Of a DNA stretch of 48,550 bases, positions 34,732-42,658 are shown one piece after another. The DNA lies in IMG/VR virus record IMGVR_UViG_3300045988_097997; one strand, given 5' to 3'. This DNA is from a virus. Positions within the stretch are counted from its first letter, which is position 1; each line of letters starts with the position of its first letter. Under the pieces are notes generated by a model. The model saw only the letters and a program-made list of their open reading frames with translations, ran no database searches and was not told the origin of the DNA. A program made the translations under genes and the position numbers.

Positions 34732-36878
34732 ATGGAGGGGCTGGGATGGCTGATACTAGACCAATTACAAGACTCACGATCAAGGACAAGGAGACCGGAA
34801 CCGAAACCGAGACTGACGTCAAAACCTGTGCAAGAGGTGTAACGTGCGACGAGGGCAAGACCGCCCAGGACCACATTTCGGATTTCGTGGCACATAAAAA
34901 GGACGTCAACCGTCACGTCCTGGTGCAGGTCGGCGGAGACGAACCGGCAACCGGGCCTGCTCTGTGGATCGACGAAAAAAACCTACTGCACTACAAGGAT
35001 AAGAGCGGGAGCAAGGACGACCTGTACCCCGCAACGAAAGCCGCCCTCGTGGAGGGCCTGAGCGCACTGCTGGCTGGGGTAAAGAAAACGGCACAAACCG
35101 ACCTGAGTTCACATACCAGCAACAAAAACAACCCCCATGGAGTGACAGCCGAGCAGGCAGGCGCTGACCCGAAAGGCGCGGCAGCTGCTGTGCAGGTGAA
35201 CCTGGATACCCACACGGGGAACAAGAGCAACCCGCACAACGTCACCTGCGACCAGATTGGGGCTATCAAATCCTCTACGCTTGGCAAGCCCAACGGTCCG
35301 GCAAAGCTGGATGCCGATGGGAAACTGATCAAGAATCAACTGCCCCCCGTTGGCGGCAGCCGAATCACCATCACTTTCGAGCCTGCGTTCCAGGGCGCAA
35401 CCTGGACGCTGACCGGTGGCGGGGAGAATTACAGCGGCGTGGTGGACAGCACCCTGAAAACGGTTGTCCCTGTGATGGGTGTGCAGACACTGTATACCGT
35501 GTCCGCCTCTGTGAGTGGCACGAAATACAGCACAGAGGTTATGACGCTGGACTACTTTACCGCTCTGTCTGTGGCCTTAACGCAGTTCCAGGCGACCATC
35601 ATCGTCACCGTAGACGCTGATTCCACCGTCACTGCCGTATGCGGCACCACCACCCTGACCAAAACCAGCACCGGCACAGCGATTTTCACCGTCGGCAAAG
35701 CTGGTACCTGGACCATCACCGCAACCAAGGACGGCAACACCGCCACCGGCACCGTAGAGATCACCGCAAGCGGCCAGAGCAAGAGCTTGACCCTGGACTA
35801 CGCGACAGTGTTCGGCGTCTGCTGGGATACCTTCAACAGTTCCACTGCACTAACCCGCCTGACTAAAACCTCTGACCCCTATGGCTTCGTGACGAAGAAC
35901 ATCACGGCTGAACCGGTTCCGGCGGTGGGTACTGGGGCGGGCAGCTCACCGTTCGACAACTATGCACCATGGAATGGCATGAAAAAATGCAGTCTTCTTT
36001 CCGATGGCTCCGTGTATGCTTGGGAAAACCAGACAGATTTCTCTTACCTTGGCGCTTACGTCATGGTCTATATTCCTACGTTCTATGTCGCACAAAAACG
36101 AAAAGATGCGAAACAGTATTTCTACATCTCGGATAAGGCTAAAACTGGATTCACAAAACATCCTGGTAGCGGAAAATTTGTCGGTCGGTACCACATGAAT
36201 AGTGACGGATATTGCAATTCCAGACAACCACCCTATGTCAATATGACTAGGGCTGTTGCACGCAGTAAGGCAAAAAACAATGGAGGAAAGTTTTGCCTCT
36301 ATAACTTCGCTACCTACTGTGCCATCATTTGGCTGTATGTTATGGAGTTTGCGGATTGGAATTGCCAAAACAAGATTGGCAGAGGCTACGTTGATAACCA
36401 TAACTCCGCTATTAACTCCGGCGGAACCGACAGTATGACTTATCACACAGGCCGTGCCGCTGGCACTGACGGCAGTACCGCTGTCCAGTACCGCTGGATC
36501 GAAAACTTGTGGGGCAACGTCTACCAGTGGATCGACGGCTTCAACGCGAACGGTACAACGGCATACTACCGTATCGACCCTTCCCGATACGCTGACGACA
36601 CCGCGACTGGATACAATCACATTGGGACGCTACCGCCTAACGGTTGGATTAAAGATCTGACTGTGACGGATAACGGCCTGCTGATCCCCAAGACTGTCGG
36701 TGGCAGTGAGACTACGTTTATCCCAGATTACGCCTGCTCGTCTTCCGGGTGGCGCGTGCTCAATGTGGGTGGCAACTGGAGCAACGGCTCGAGCGCGGGC
36801 TTGCTGTACTTCGACGCGAGCTTCTCGTCGTCGAACTCGTACTCGTACATCTCTGCGCGTCTCCTGTGTGAGGCGTAG
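34728..36878 (+). CDS. Tail fibre / receptor-binding protein; DGR target with a C-terminal CLec/FGE-sulfatase-like variable domain
   Basis: Phage fibre repeats (HTSNKNNPHGVTAEQAGA and HTGNKSNPHNVTCDQIGA). The C-terminus ...GWRVLNVGGNWSNGSSAGLLYFDASFSSSNSYSYISARLLCEA carries the VR. Confidence 0.9.
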   Translation: MNGGAGMADTRPITRLTIKDKETGTETETDVKTCARGVTCDEGKTAQDHISDFVAHKKDVNRHVLVQVGGDEPATGPALWIDEKNLLHYKDKSGSKDDLYPATKAALVEGLSALLAGVKKTAQTDLSSHTSNKNNPHGVTAEQAGADPKGAAAAVQVNLDTHTGNKSNPHNVTCDQIGAIKSSTLGKPNGPAKLDADGKLIKNQLPPVGGSRITITFEPAFQGATWTLTGGGENYSGVVDSTLKTVVPVMGVQTLYTVSASVSGTKYSTEVMTLDYFTALSVALTQFQATIIVTVDADSTVTAVCGTTTLTKTSTGTAIFTVGKAGTWTITATKDGNTATGTVEITASGQSKSLTLDYATVFGVCWDTFNSSTALTRLTKTSDPYGFVTKNITAEPVPAVGTGAGSSPFDNYAPWNGMKKCSLLSDGSVYAWENQTDFSYLGAYVMVYIPTFYVAQKRKDAKQYFYISDKAKTGFTKHPGSGKFVGRYHMNSDGYCNSRQPPYVNMTRAVARSKAKNNGGKFCLYNFATYCAIIWLYVMEFADWNCQNKIGRGYVDNHNSAINSGGTDSMTYHTGRAAGTDGSTAVQYRWIENLWGNVYQWIDGFNANGTTAYYRIDPSRYADDTATGYNHIGTLPPNGWIKDLTVTDNGLLIPKTVGGSETTFIPDYACSSSGWRVLNVGGNWSNGSSAGLLYFDASFSSSNSYSYISARLLCEA
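36730..36865 (+). repeat. DGR variable repeat (VR)
   Basis: 136 bp aligning with 36998..37133. There are 13 mismatches, and every one lies at a TR adenine. Confidence 0.92.
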
Positions 36879-36902
36879 CCGAACACAGTCCCCTCCGGGG
36901 GA

Positions 36903-36922
36903 CCGGGGGTCGCAACCCCCGG
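36903..36922 (+). promoter_or_regulatory. GC-rich hairpin downstream of VR (candidate DGR homing-enhancing stem-loop)
   Basis: CCGGGGGT-cgca-ACCCCCGG is a perfect 8-bp stem with a 4-nt loop. It is preceded by a second hairpin, GTCCCC-tccg-GGGGAC, at 36888..36903. Confidence 0.55.
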
Positions 36923-36942
36923 CGCTTTGCAAAGCGGTTTTT
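36923..36942 (+). terminator. Terminator-like hairpin after the fibre gene
   Basis: CGCTTTG/CAAAGCG palindrome followed by GTTTTT. Confidence 0.5.
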
Positions 36943-36997
36943 AACAACGAAATAAATTAAGGGACTGTCTGCGCGTCGTGGAGTGTTACCGCGCCCG

Positions 36998-37133
36998 ACG
37001 CCAACTCGTCTTCCGGGTGGCACGTGCTCAATGTGGGTGGCAACTGGAACAACGGCTCGAACGCGGGCTTGCTGTACTTCAACGCGAACAACACGTCGTC
37101 GAACTCGAACTCGAACATCTCTGCGCGTCTACT
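36998..37133 (+). repeat. DGR template repeat (TR)
   Basis: Non-coding copy of the VR, rich in AAC triplets in the VR reading frame (NWNNGSNAGLLYFNANNTSSNSNSNISAR). It lies directly upstream of the RT gene. Confidence 0.92.
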
Positions 37134-37295
37134 TTTTCCAACAAATTTGAATCGTCTCATTGCGCAGGCTTTCCCTCATCCCTTGATGAAAATCATACCC
37201 AGAGGACGGGGCCTAGTAGGTAAACTCTCGAACGGCCCCGCAGGTAAAAAGGAAGTGCTAGTATTCCTAAGAGAGTTGGATTCCTCTATAACAAA

Positions 37296-38387
37296 ATGCT
37301 GAACATGGCATTTATCAAAGAAACGATACTTCTTGCTAGCAAGAGAAAGAAAAATCGCCGCAGTGTGCGGCGGGTGCTGGCAAACATCGACGAGTACGCT
37401 GAGAGGTTGCTTGTCATGTTGGACACGGATACCTTTGTTCCGACCAAGCCGAAGATCAAGCAAGTATATGATCAAAGCTCCAGGAAGTGGAGAGAGATCA
37501 AAGTTGTTCCGTTCTTCCCTGACGCCTGTGTTCATTGGCTGTGCGTCCGGGCGATGAAACCCGTGCTAATGCGCGGCATGCACCACTGGTCGTGTGCCAG
37601 TATTCCAGGCAGAGGCGGCGCAAGAGCCGTGAGACAAATCGGGCGTATGATACAGCGCCGCACGAAGAGCAGTAAATACGCTGCTCAGTGTGATGTGCGG
37701 AAGTTCTATGACAGCATCCCGCCGGATGGTGTAAGAAAGGCTCTGGAACACAAGATCAAAGACCGACGCTTCGTTCGGCTTGTGATGAGCATCATTCAGG
37801 ATGGCCTCGCAATCGGCTACTACATCTGCCAATGGCTTGCCAACGTCTACCTGGAAGGTCTGGACCGGGTGCTTTGCAGGCAGAAGGGTGTGACCTGTGA
37901 GGTGCGATACATGGACAACGTAACGTTGTTCTCCCGCAGTAAGAGGGCCTTGCATAAGGCGCTGAAAGCGGCAAGCTCTTATCTCAGGACGATAGGGCTT
38001 TCCCTCAAGGGAGACTGGGCCGTATTCCCTGTGTCGAAGCGGGCTGTCGATGCCATTGGGTACCGTTTCAGCCGAACGTGCATTATCCTACGCAAGCGCC
38101 CTTGCCTGCGGCTTATGCGGCAGTGTCGGCGGGCAGTGAAACGCAAGAAACGCGGCGGTGTTGCTGTGAAAATGGCACAGGCACTTATGGCTCGAATTGG
38201 CCGGTTGAAAATGTGCGCAAAGAAGAAACTAACAGACCGCTACATTCGGCCTGTTGGAATGAAATACTTGACAGGAGTGATTCGACGTGCGAGTACACGG
38301 AGACGTAAAGCCGCCCGAATGGACGGCAGAAAGCTGCCCGAACAAGCCGGGCACGGCGCTGGTGCGCTTTTGCCTGAACCCGGTTGA
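37296..38387 (+). CDS. DGR-type reverse transcriptase (variant motifs IGYYICQ and YMDN)
   Basis: Aligns by eye with DGR RT blocks: CDVRKFYDSIP (motif A Asp), GLAIGYYICQWLANVYL (the I/LGxxxSQ position) and VRYMDNVTLF (the YxDD position). The C-terminal tail is very basic. Confidence 0.85.
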   Translation: MLNMAFIKETILLASKRKKNRRSVRRVLANIDEYAERLLVMLDTDTFVPTKPKIKQVYDQSSRKWREIKVVPFFPDACVHWLCVRAMKPVLMRGMHHWSCASIPGRGGARAVRQIGRMIQRRTKSSKYAAQCDVRKFYDSIPPDGVRKALEHKIKDRRFVRLVMSIIQDGLAIGYYICQWLANVYLEGLDRVLCRQKGVTCEVRYMDNVTLFSRSKRALHKALKAASSYLRTIGLSLKGDWAVFPVSKRAVDAIGYRFSRTCIILRKRPCLRLMRQCRRAVKRKKRGGVAVKMAQALMARIGRLKMCAKKKLTDRYIRPVGMKYLTGVIRRASTRRRKAARMDGRKLPEQAGHGAGALLPEPG

Positions 38388-38901
38388 GGAAACGGCAGAC
38401 GAACGGACCGGCTGGGTCTACGATGAATTTACCGTAGAGGTACCTGACGGTGAAGATCTGCAAGAGCGCGTAGCTGAACAGTTCGACGACCTGCTGCGGC
38501 AGGCTGTTGGTGCTGGGGCGTCCCTGGATGATATGCGGGACCAGCGCATTGCGGAGACCAAGGCCGCCCTCGCTGAGTGGCTTGTTGAGAATCCACTGAC
38601 CTGGACAGACGGCCACCAGTACGCGGTAACGCAGGAGAAGCAGTCTCAGTTGACATCCACTTTGGCCGTACAGCAGGTAGCTCTAGCTTCTGGCGTTGAC
38701 CGGAAGCTTCGGTGGAATACTACCGGAGATGAATGTACGGAATGGACTTATGAAGGATTGTGCGCCTTGGCTCTGGCAATCTCTGATTACGTCGAGCCGA
38801 GAGTTTCTATCCAACAGGCCGCTGAGGTAGCTATCCGCGATGCGAAAACTGCAAAGGGGGTCCTCACCGTTGTCTGGGACTACGATATGCCGGTGGCATA
38901 A
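38287..38901 (+). CDS. DUF4376-like phage protein (XkdW-region analogue)
   Basis: C-terminal pattern W.....H.Y....EKQ..L......V...SG......W......C.EWTYEGL.AL...I..YV is reminiscent of DUF4376. The annotated start overlaps the RT by 101 nt, so the true start is uncertain. Confidence 0.5.
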   Translation: MRVHGDVKPPEWTAESCPNKPGTALVRFCLNPVEETADERTGWVYDEFTVEVPDGEDLQERVAEQFDDLLRQAVGAGASLDDMRDQRIAETKAALAEWLVENPLTWTDGHQYAVTQEKQSQLTSTLAVQQVALASGVDRKLRWNTTGDECTEWTYEGLCALALAISDYVEPRVSIQQAAEVAIRDAKTAKGVLTVVWDYDMPVA

Positions 38902-39298
38902 TATCGCCCTGCATTGTGTGTTCGGCCTGATTGCTGGCTGCATCTATCTGCTGATCGAACTGGCATGGCGCGGGCACACCCACTGGACGATGCTGCCCTT
39001 GGCGGCGGTGATCTTCGTCTGTGCTGGGCTGCTGGACGAACGGCCCAAGCCGCCGCCCCTGTGGTTGCAGGTGGTAATTGGTACCTCCATTGCCACGGCA
39101 CTGGAGCTGGCCGCAGGGCTGATTCTCAATGTGTGGCTTGGCCTGGGCGTTTGGGATTATTCCAAGCTGCCCGGTAACATCCTGGGGCAGATTTGCCCTC
39201 AATACACGCTGGCCTGGGCAGCCCTCATGGTTGTGGCTATCAAGCTCGAAAATTTGATGCACAAAATCGCGGACTGGATAATTGACCGGAAGAAATAG
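38840..39298 (+). CDS. Multi-pass membrane protein (PF06541 'putative ABC-transporter type IV'-like), holin-associated candidate
   Basis: Four hydrophobic helices and the motif GVWDYSKLPGNILGQICPQYTLAW. The start is uncertain (ATG 38840 or GTG 38918). Confidence 0.5.
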   Translation: MRKLQRGSSPLSGTTICRWHNIALHCVFGLIAGCIYLLIELAWRGHTHWTMLPLAAVIFVCAGLLDERPKPPPLWLQVVIGTSIATALELAAGLILNVWLGLGVWDYSKLPGNILGQICPQYTLAWAALMVVAIKLENLMHKIADWIIDRKK

Positions 39299-39313
39299 AA
39301 AGGACGGGATAGC

Positions 39314-40153
39314 ATGAACCTCCATAAGTTGATCCTGACGAAAAACGAGTGCTATATCAGAGGGGTACCTATCACTCCCATTGGCGTGATGGTACACAGC
39401 ACCGGGGCTAACAACCCCAACCTCAGACGCTACGTCCAGCCGGACGACGGCCTACTGGGGACCAACAACGCCGGGAACCATTTCAACCAGCCGCGCCCTG
39501 GTGGCCGCAAGGTTTGTGTCCATGCCATTATTGGCAAGCTGGCCGACGGTTCTATCGCCACATACCAGACGCTTCCCTGGGCCATGCGAGGCTGGCACAG
39601 CGGCACTGGCTCCAAGGGCAGCGCCAACAACATGGGGTACATCGGGTTCGAGATTTGCGAGGACGGCCTGACCGACCCCGCGTATTTCAAGAAAGTCTAC
39701 CGGGAGGCGGTGGAGCTGACCGCCTACCTCTGCAAGCTGTACAAACTGGACCCAAAGAAGGACGGCGTTATCATCTGCCACAGCGAGGGGCACAAGCGCG
39801 GCATTGCATCCAACCACGAGGACGTAATGCACTGGTTCCCCAAGCACGGGAAAAGCATGGACACGTTCCGGGCGGATGTGGTGAAGGAAATGAGCATCAA
39901 CGACAGAGAGAAAGAAGAGGGTGACGACATGGACATCAAGAAGTTTCTCAAACAGCTGACGCCTGAGATGTGTTACAGCATCATGGCCGAAGCCATGGCC
40001 TATGCAGCCAAGCAATCAGAACCCGAATGGAGCCAGAAGGAAGGACACTGGGCCGAGGCCACGAAAAAGGGCCTTGTGAACGGTTCCGCCCCGGAGGGCT
40101 ACGTCAAACGGGACGAGCTGGCCGCTGTGTTGGGCCGTGGGGGGCTGCTGTGA
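39314..40153 (+). CDS. N-acetylmuramoyl-L-alanine amidase endolysin (Amidase_2/PGRP)
   Basis: GVMVHSTG.N......Y........NAGNHF, VHAIIG, WHSG....ANNMGYIGFEICED and ICHSEGH....SNHEDV. Confidence 0.88.
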   Translation: MNLHKLILTKNECYIRGVPITPIGVMVHSTGANNPNLRRYVQPDDGLLGTNNAGNHFNQPRPGGRKVCVHAIIGKLADGSIATYQTLPWAMRGWHSGTGSKGSANNMGYIGFEICEDGLTDPAYFKKVYREAVELTAYLCKLYKLDPKKDGVIICHSEGHKRGIASNHEDVMHWFPKHGKSMDTFRADVVKEMSINDREKEEGDDMDIKKFLKQLTPEMCYSIMAEAMAYAAKQSEPEWSQKEGHWAEATKKGLVNGSAPEGYVKRDELAAVLGRGGLL

Positions 40154-40587
40154 GTGCATGGCTGGCTGAGTATGGCGGCAAGCTGATCGGCGGCCTGGTG
40201 ACCCTGCTGGCCTCTTCCGTTGTGGTCGAGATCGTACCCATCAAAATCTGTCCTTGGACTGCGTTTTTTCGATGGGTAGGGAAGAAGATCAATGGGGACG
40301 TTCGGGAGAAACTGGACGAAATCTCGAACGACCTCTCCACTCATATCCACGAGGATAACCAGCGCAACGCCAAACGCGCACGAGTGAGAATCCTACGCTT
40401 CGCTGACGAGATACTCCAGGGAGAACTCCACTCGCGGGAGCATTTCGACGAGATCCTGGAGGACATCACGGAGTACAACCGCTATTGTTCGCGGCATCCT
40501 GAGTTCCCGAACGATAAAGCGACTCTCTCCATCGCCCATATCGAGAGAACCTACCGCACGAGGATGGAGAAAAACGACTTTCTGTGA
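40150..40587 (+). CDS. N-terminally membrane-anchored protein in the lysis cassette, function unknown
   Basis: GTG start overlapping the endolysin stop. One TM helix (LIGGLVTLLASSVVVEIV) is followed by a helical cytoplasmic domain. Confidence 0.5.
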   Translation: MSAWLAEYGGKLIGGLVTLLASSVVVEIVPIKICPWTAFFRWVGKKINGDVREKLDEISNDLSTHIHEDNQRNAKRARVRILRFADEILQGELHSREHFDEILEDITEYNRYCSRHPEFPNDKATLSIAHIERTYRTRMEKNDFL

Positions 40588-40604
40588 GAAAGGGGGTGGA
40601 ATCC

Positions 40605-40817
40605 ATGAACCTGACAAACAAATCATGGTGGAGGGCCGCAGCTATCCGCGCGACCAAAACCGTAGCGCAGACAGCTATCGGCTGTATCGGTGCAGCTGCC
40701 GCTCTGGGAGACGTCAACTGGCCTATGGTGGTTTCGGCTGCTGTCCTGTCCGGCATCGTATCCGTGTTGACCAGCGTAGCCGGTCTGCCGGAGGTCGATA
40801 CGAACACTGAGGCATAA
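40605..40817 (+). CDS. Holin (r1t-type/LL-H-like)
   Basis: Trimmed to the ATG after an AGGGGGTGGA RBS. W.RAAAIRATKTVAQTAIG is followed by hydrophobic helices. 70 aa. Confidence 0.65.
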   Translation: MNLTNKSWWRAAAIRATKTVAQTAIGCIGAAAALGDVNWPMVVSAAVLSGIVSVLTSVAGLPEVDTNTEA

Positions 40818-40853
40818 CACTGGGGAATCTGAGCCACGAAAGGGGGTGGACGC

Positions 40854-41246
40854 ATGGCAAACGCTGAGACCACAATCATGTCCGGGGCGCTGGAGGACGA
40901 CAAGGGCCGGAGACTGCTGCCGGAAACCACAGCCGCGCAGGTAATCCATACCGACGGCGAATCCAGCGAGACTAAATTCAAGCGGCAGGCAGGCAGCGCG
41001 AATATGTCCGCGACGCTGGCCGCCTCTGCCGCCAAGACGGTGGTGGACCTGTCGGCCTACATAACGAATCGGTCAAAGACGTCCTATCGGCTGGAAATCC
41101 TGGCATCTACGGCAGACGGCGAGTCTCCGGTTGCTACCGTAATCGCGGAGCTTATCGGGGACTATGCCGTATTCTACCGGCAGGGCGTCTCTGTTGCGAA
41201 GGAAATCACGATCACGTATCGCCTTGTATCAATGCCCCTGGCTTGA
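40854..41246 (+). CDS. Fibre-N-terminus-like protein
   Basis: The LLPETTAAQVIHTDGES motif resembles N-terminal motifs of phage fibre/tailspike proteins. The RBS is near-identical to the holin RBS. Confidence 0.4.
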   Translation: MANAETTIMSGALEDDKGRRLLPETTAAQVIHTDGESSETKFKRQAGSANMSATLAASAAKTVVDLSAYITNRSKTSYRLEILASTADGESPVATVIAELIGDYAVFYRQGVSVAKEITITYRLVSMPLA

Positions 41247-41288
41247 TGGGGCAGCAAGGCCCGCATGAAAGGTTAAGAGGTTTGTACT

Positions 41289-42512
41289 ATGAGCACTACG
41301 AATTTCTCCCCTGAGATCGACGACAACACCTTGTATCACAAGGGCGACATTGAGGCGAGCACCGCCCAGCTGATCGACGACGCACTGGCAGCCGCAAACG
41401 CGGCGCTGCCTAAAGCAGCTCAACTCGCTGTCTCAGACATGGACGAGCTTCGGACCACGGGCTTTTTCCATGGCTATGGGACGCTCAACGCCCCTGAATC
41501 CGGCTTCATGTATTTCCTGGTCATTGCCTACCCGGACGGCTACAACTACTGGGTGAAGCAGCTGGCGTTCAGTTTCACGGACAGTAAGACCTATATCCGC
41601 ACCATGGCAAACGGCATCTGGAGTGCCTGGGAGCCGATTCAGACCGGCACCAGGCTGGAGGATAAGGTCGGGGACCTGGCAGGGCTTGGCACCGTGGACA
41701 AGACCAACGCAGTGGCCGCCATCAACGAGCTGGTGGCTGCCCTTGACGTAGTACGCAGCGAGGTTGCTATTGCTGGAGCGCTGGCCGCTGCTGCTGCACC
41801 AGCCAACCACAACCACGACGGCGTGTATGCTCCCACCACGCACTCCCACCCCCAGTATTTGACCTCTGTTCCCCAGTACAACAGTAACACCGGCGAGAAC
41901 ACCTACGTCTGCGGCCCGAACCGGACCCACAAGACGCTCCAGGCGTTGGTCGATAGCCTGCCGAAGTTCAGCATCGGCCCCCGCCGCCTCCAGGTGGATG
42001 CTGGGGACTACGCCGAGAAGGTGGTGCTGAGAGGCTTCCATGGTGGCCCTATCACCATCGAAACCAGCGGCGCATATAGCGGGCGGGCGAATTTCCTGGG
42101 CATCCTGATGGAGGATTGCACAGCCACCATCAACGTGTCCAACGTAAACGTCGGGCCTGCTGGCGGGCAGAATCCTTCCCATGGTGTTTACCCCACCCGT
42201 TGCGGTATCGTGCGGGTGGAGAATTGCAACATCCAGACCGTGGCCTTTGGCGTCTACGCTGTCCGTACTGATAAGATCATCGTTCGCAATGTTACTGTCA
42301 GCCACATCGGCGGGAACCTGTCCGCAGCCGTTGGCATGGCCGAGTCCGAGGGAACCTTTGTCGCCCTGGACGGCCTGACCGTCAACGGTGGCTATGGTGC
42401 TACGGCAATCCAGGCGCAGAACGCCGTTGTCGTGGGCAAGCGCCCCACCATGAACAGCGTGGACGTGGAGCTGAACTCCAACGCAGGCGGCGTCTATTAC
42501 AATGTGATCTAA
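41289..42512 (+). CDS. Receptor-binding-like protein: knob-like N-domain, fibre repeat and a C-terminal beta-helix-like region
   Basis: TTGFFHGYG..NAP...FMYFLVIAY......VKQLAFS...KTYIRTMANGIWSAWEPI is pyocin-knob-like. NHNHDGVYAPTTHSHPQY is a fibre repeat. The repetitive V.N.-rich C-terminus suggests a parallel beta-helix. Confidence 0.5.
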   Translation: MSTTNFSPEIDDNTLYHKGDIEASTAQLIDDALAAANAALPKAAQLAVSDMDELRTTGFFHGYGTLNAPESGFMYFLVIAYPDGYNYWVKQLAFSFTDSKTYIRTMANGIWSAWEPIQTGTRLEDKVGDLAGLGTVDKTNAVAAINELVAALDVVRSEVAIAGALAAAAAPANHNHDGVYAPTTHSHPQYLTSVPQYNSNTGENTYVCGPNRTHKTLQALVDSLPKFSIGPRRLQVDAGDYAEKVVLRGFHGGPITIETSGAYSGRANFLGILMEDCTATINVSNVNVGPAGGQNPSHGVYPTRCGIVRVENCNIQTVAFGVYAVRTDKIIVRNVTVSHIGGNLSAAVGMAESEGTFVALDGLTVNGGYGATAIQAQNAVVVGKRPTMNSVDVELNSNAGGVYYNVI

Positions 42513-42532
42513 CTGAATACCACCGAACGAAG

Positions 42533-42567
42533 AGAGGGCTGCCCCATGTGGGTAGCCCTCTTTTTTT
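42533..42567 (+). terminator. Strong rho-independent terminator ending the late operon
   Basis: AGAGGGCTGCCC-catgt-GGGTAGCCCTCT (12 bp with one G-T pair) followed by T7. Confidence 0.9.
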
Positions 42568-42658
42568 GTGCCATTCTTTCCAATATATGCACTTTTAACA
42601 ACGCAAACATTATGGATTTGTGCATTTAGTCGATTTGTTCTTTTTGGTGTAAAAACTA

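Noticed and set aside
37024-37302. 92-aa ORF covering the TR (MLNVGGNWNNGSNAGLLYFNANNTSSNSNSN...)
   Set aside because: It is the in-frame read of the DGR template repeat and continues into unrelated spacer sequence. TRs are non-coding RNA templates. The ORF has no RBS and is not Avd-like.
38287-38387. A programmed frameshift or fusion between the RT and the DUF4376-like gene, suggested by their 101-nt overlap
   Set aside because: No slippery sequence was seen. The overlap is more simply explained by an over-extended 5' end of the downstream ORF (GTG chosen by the ORF finder) or by a slightly over-extended RT tail. The start cannot be resolved by inspection.
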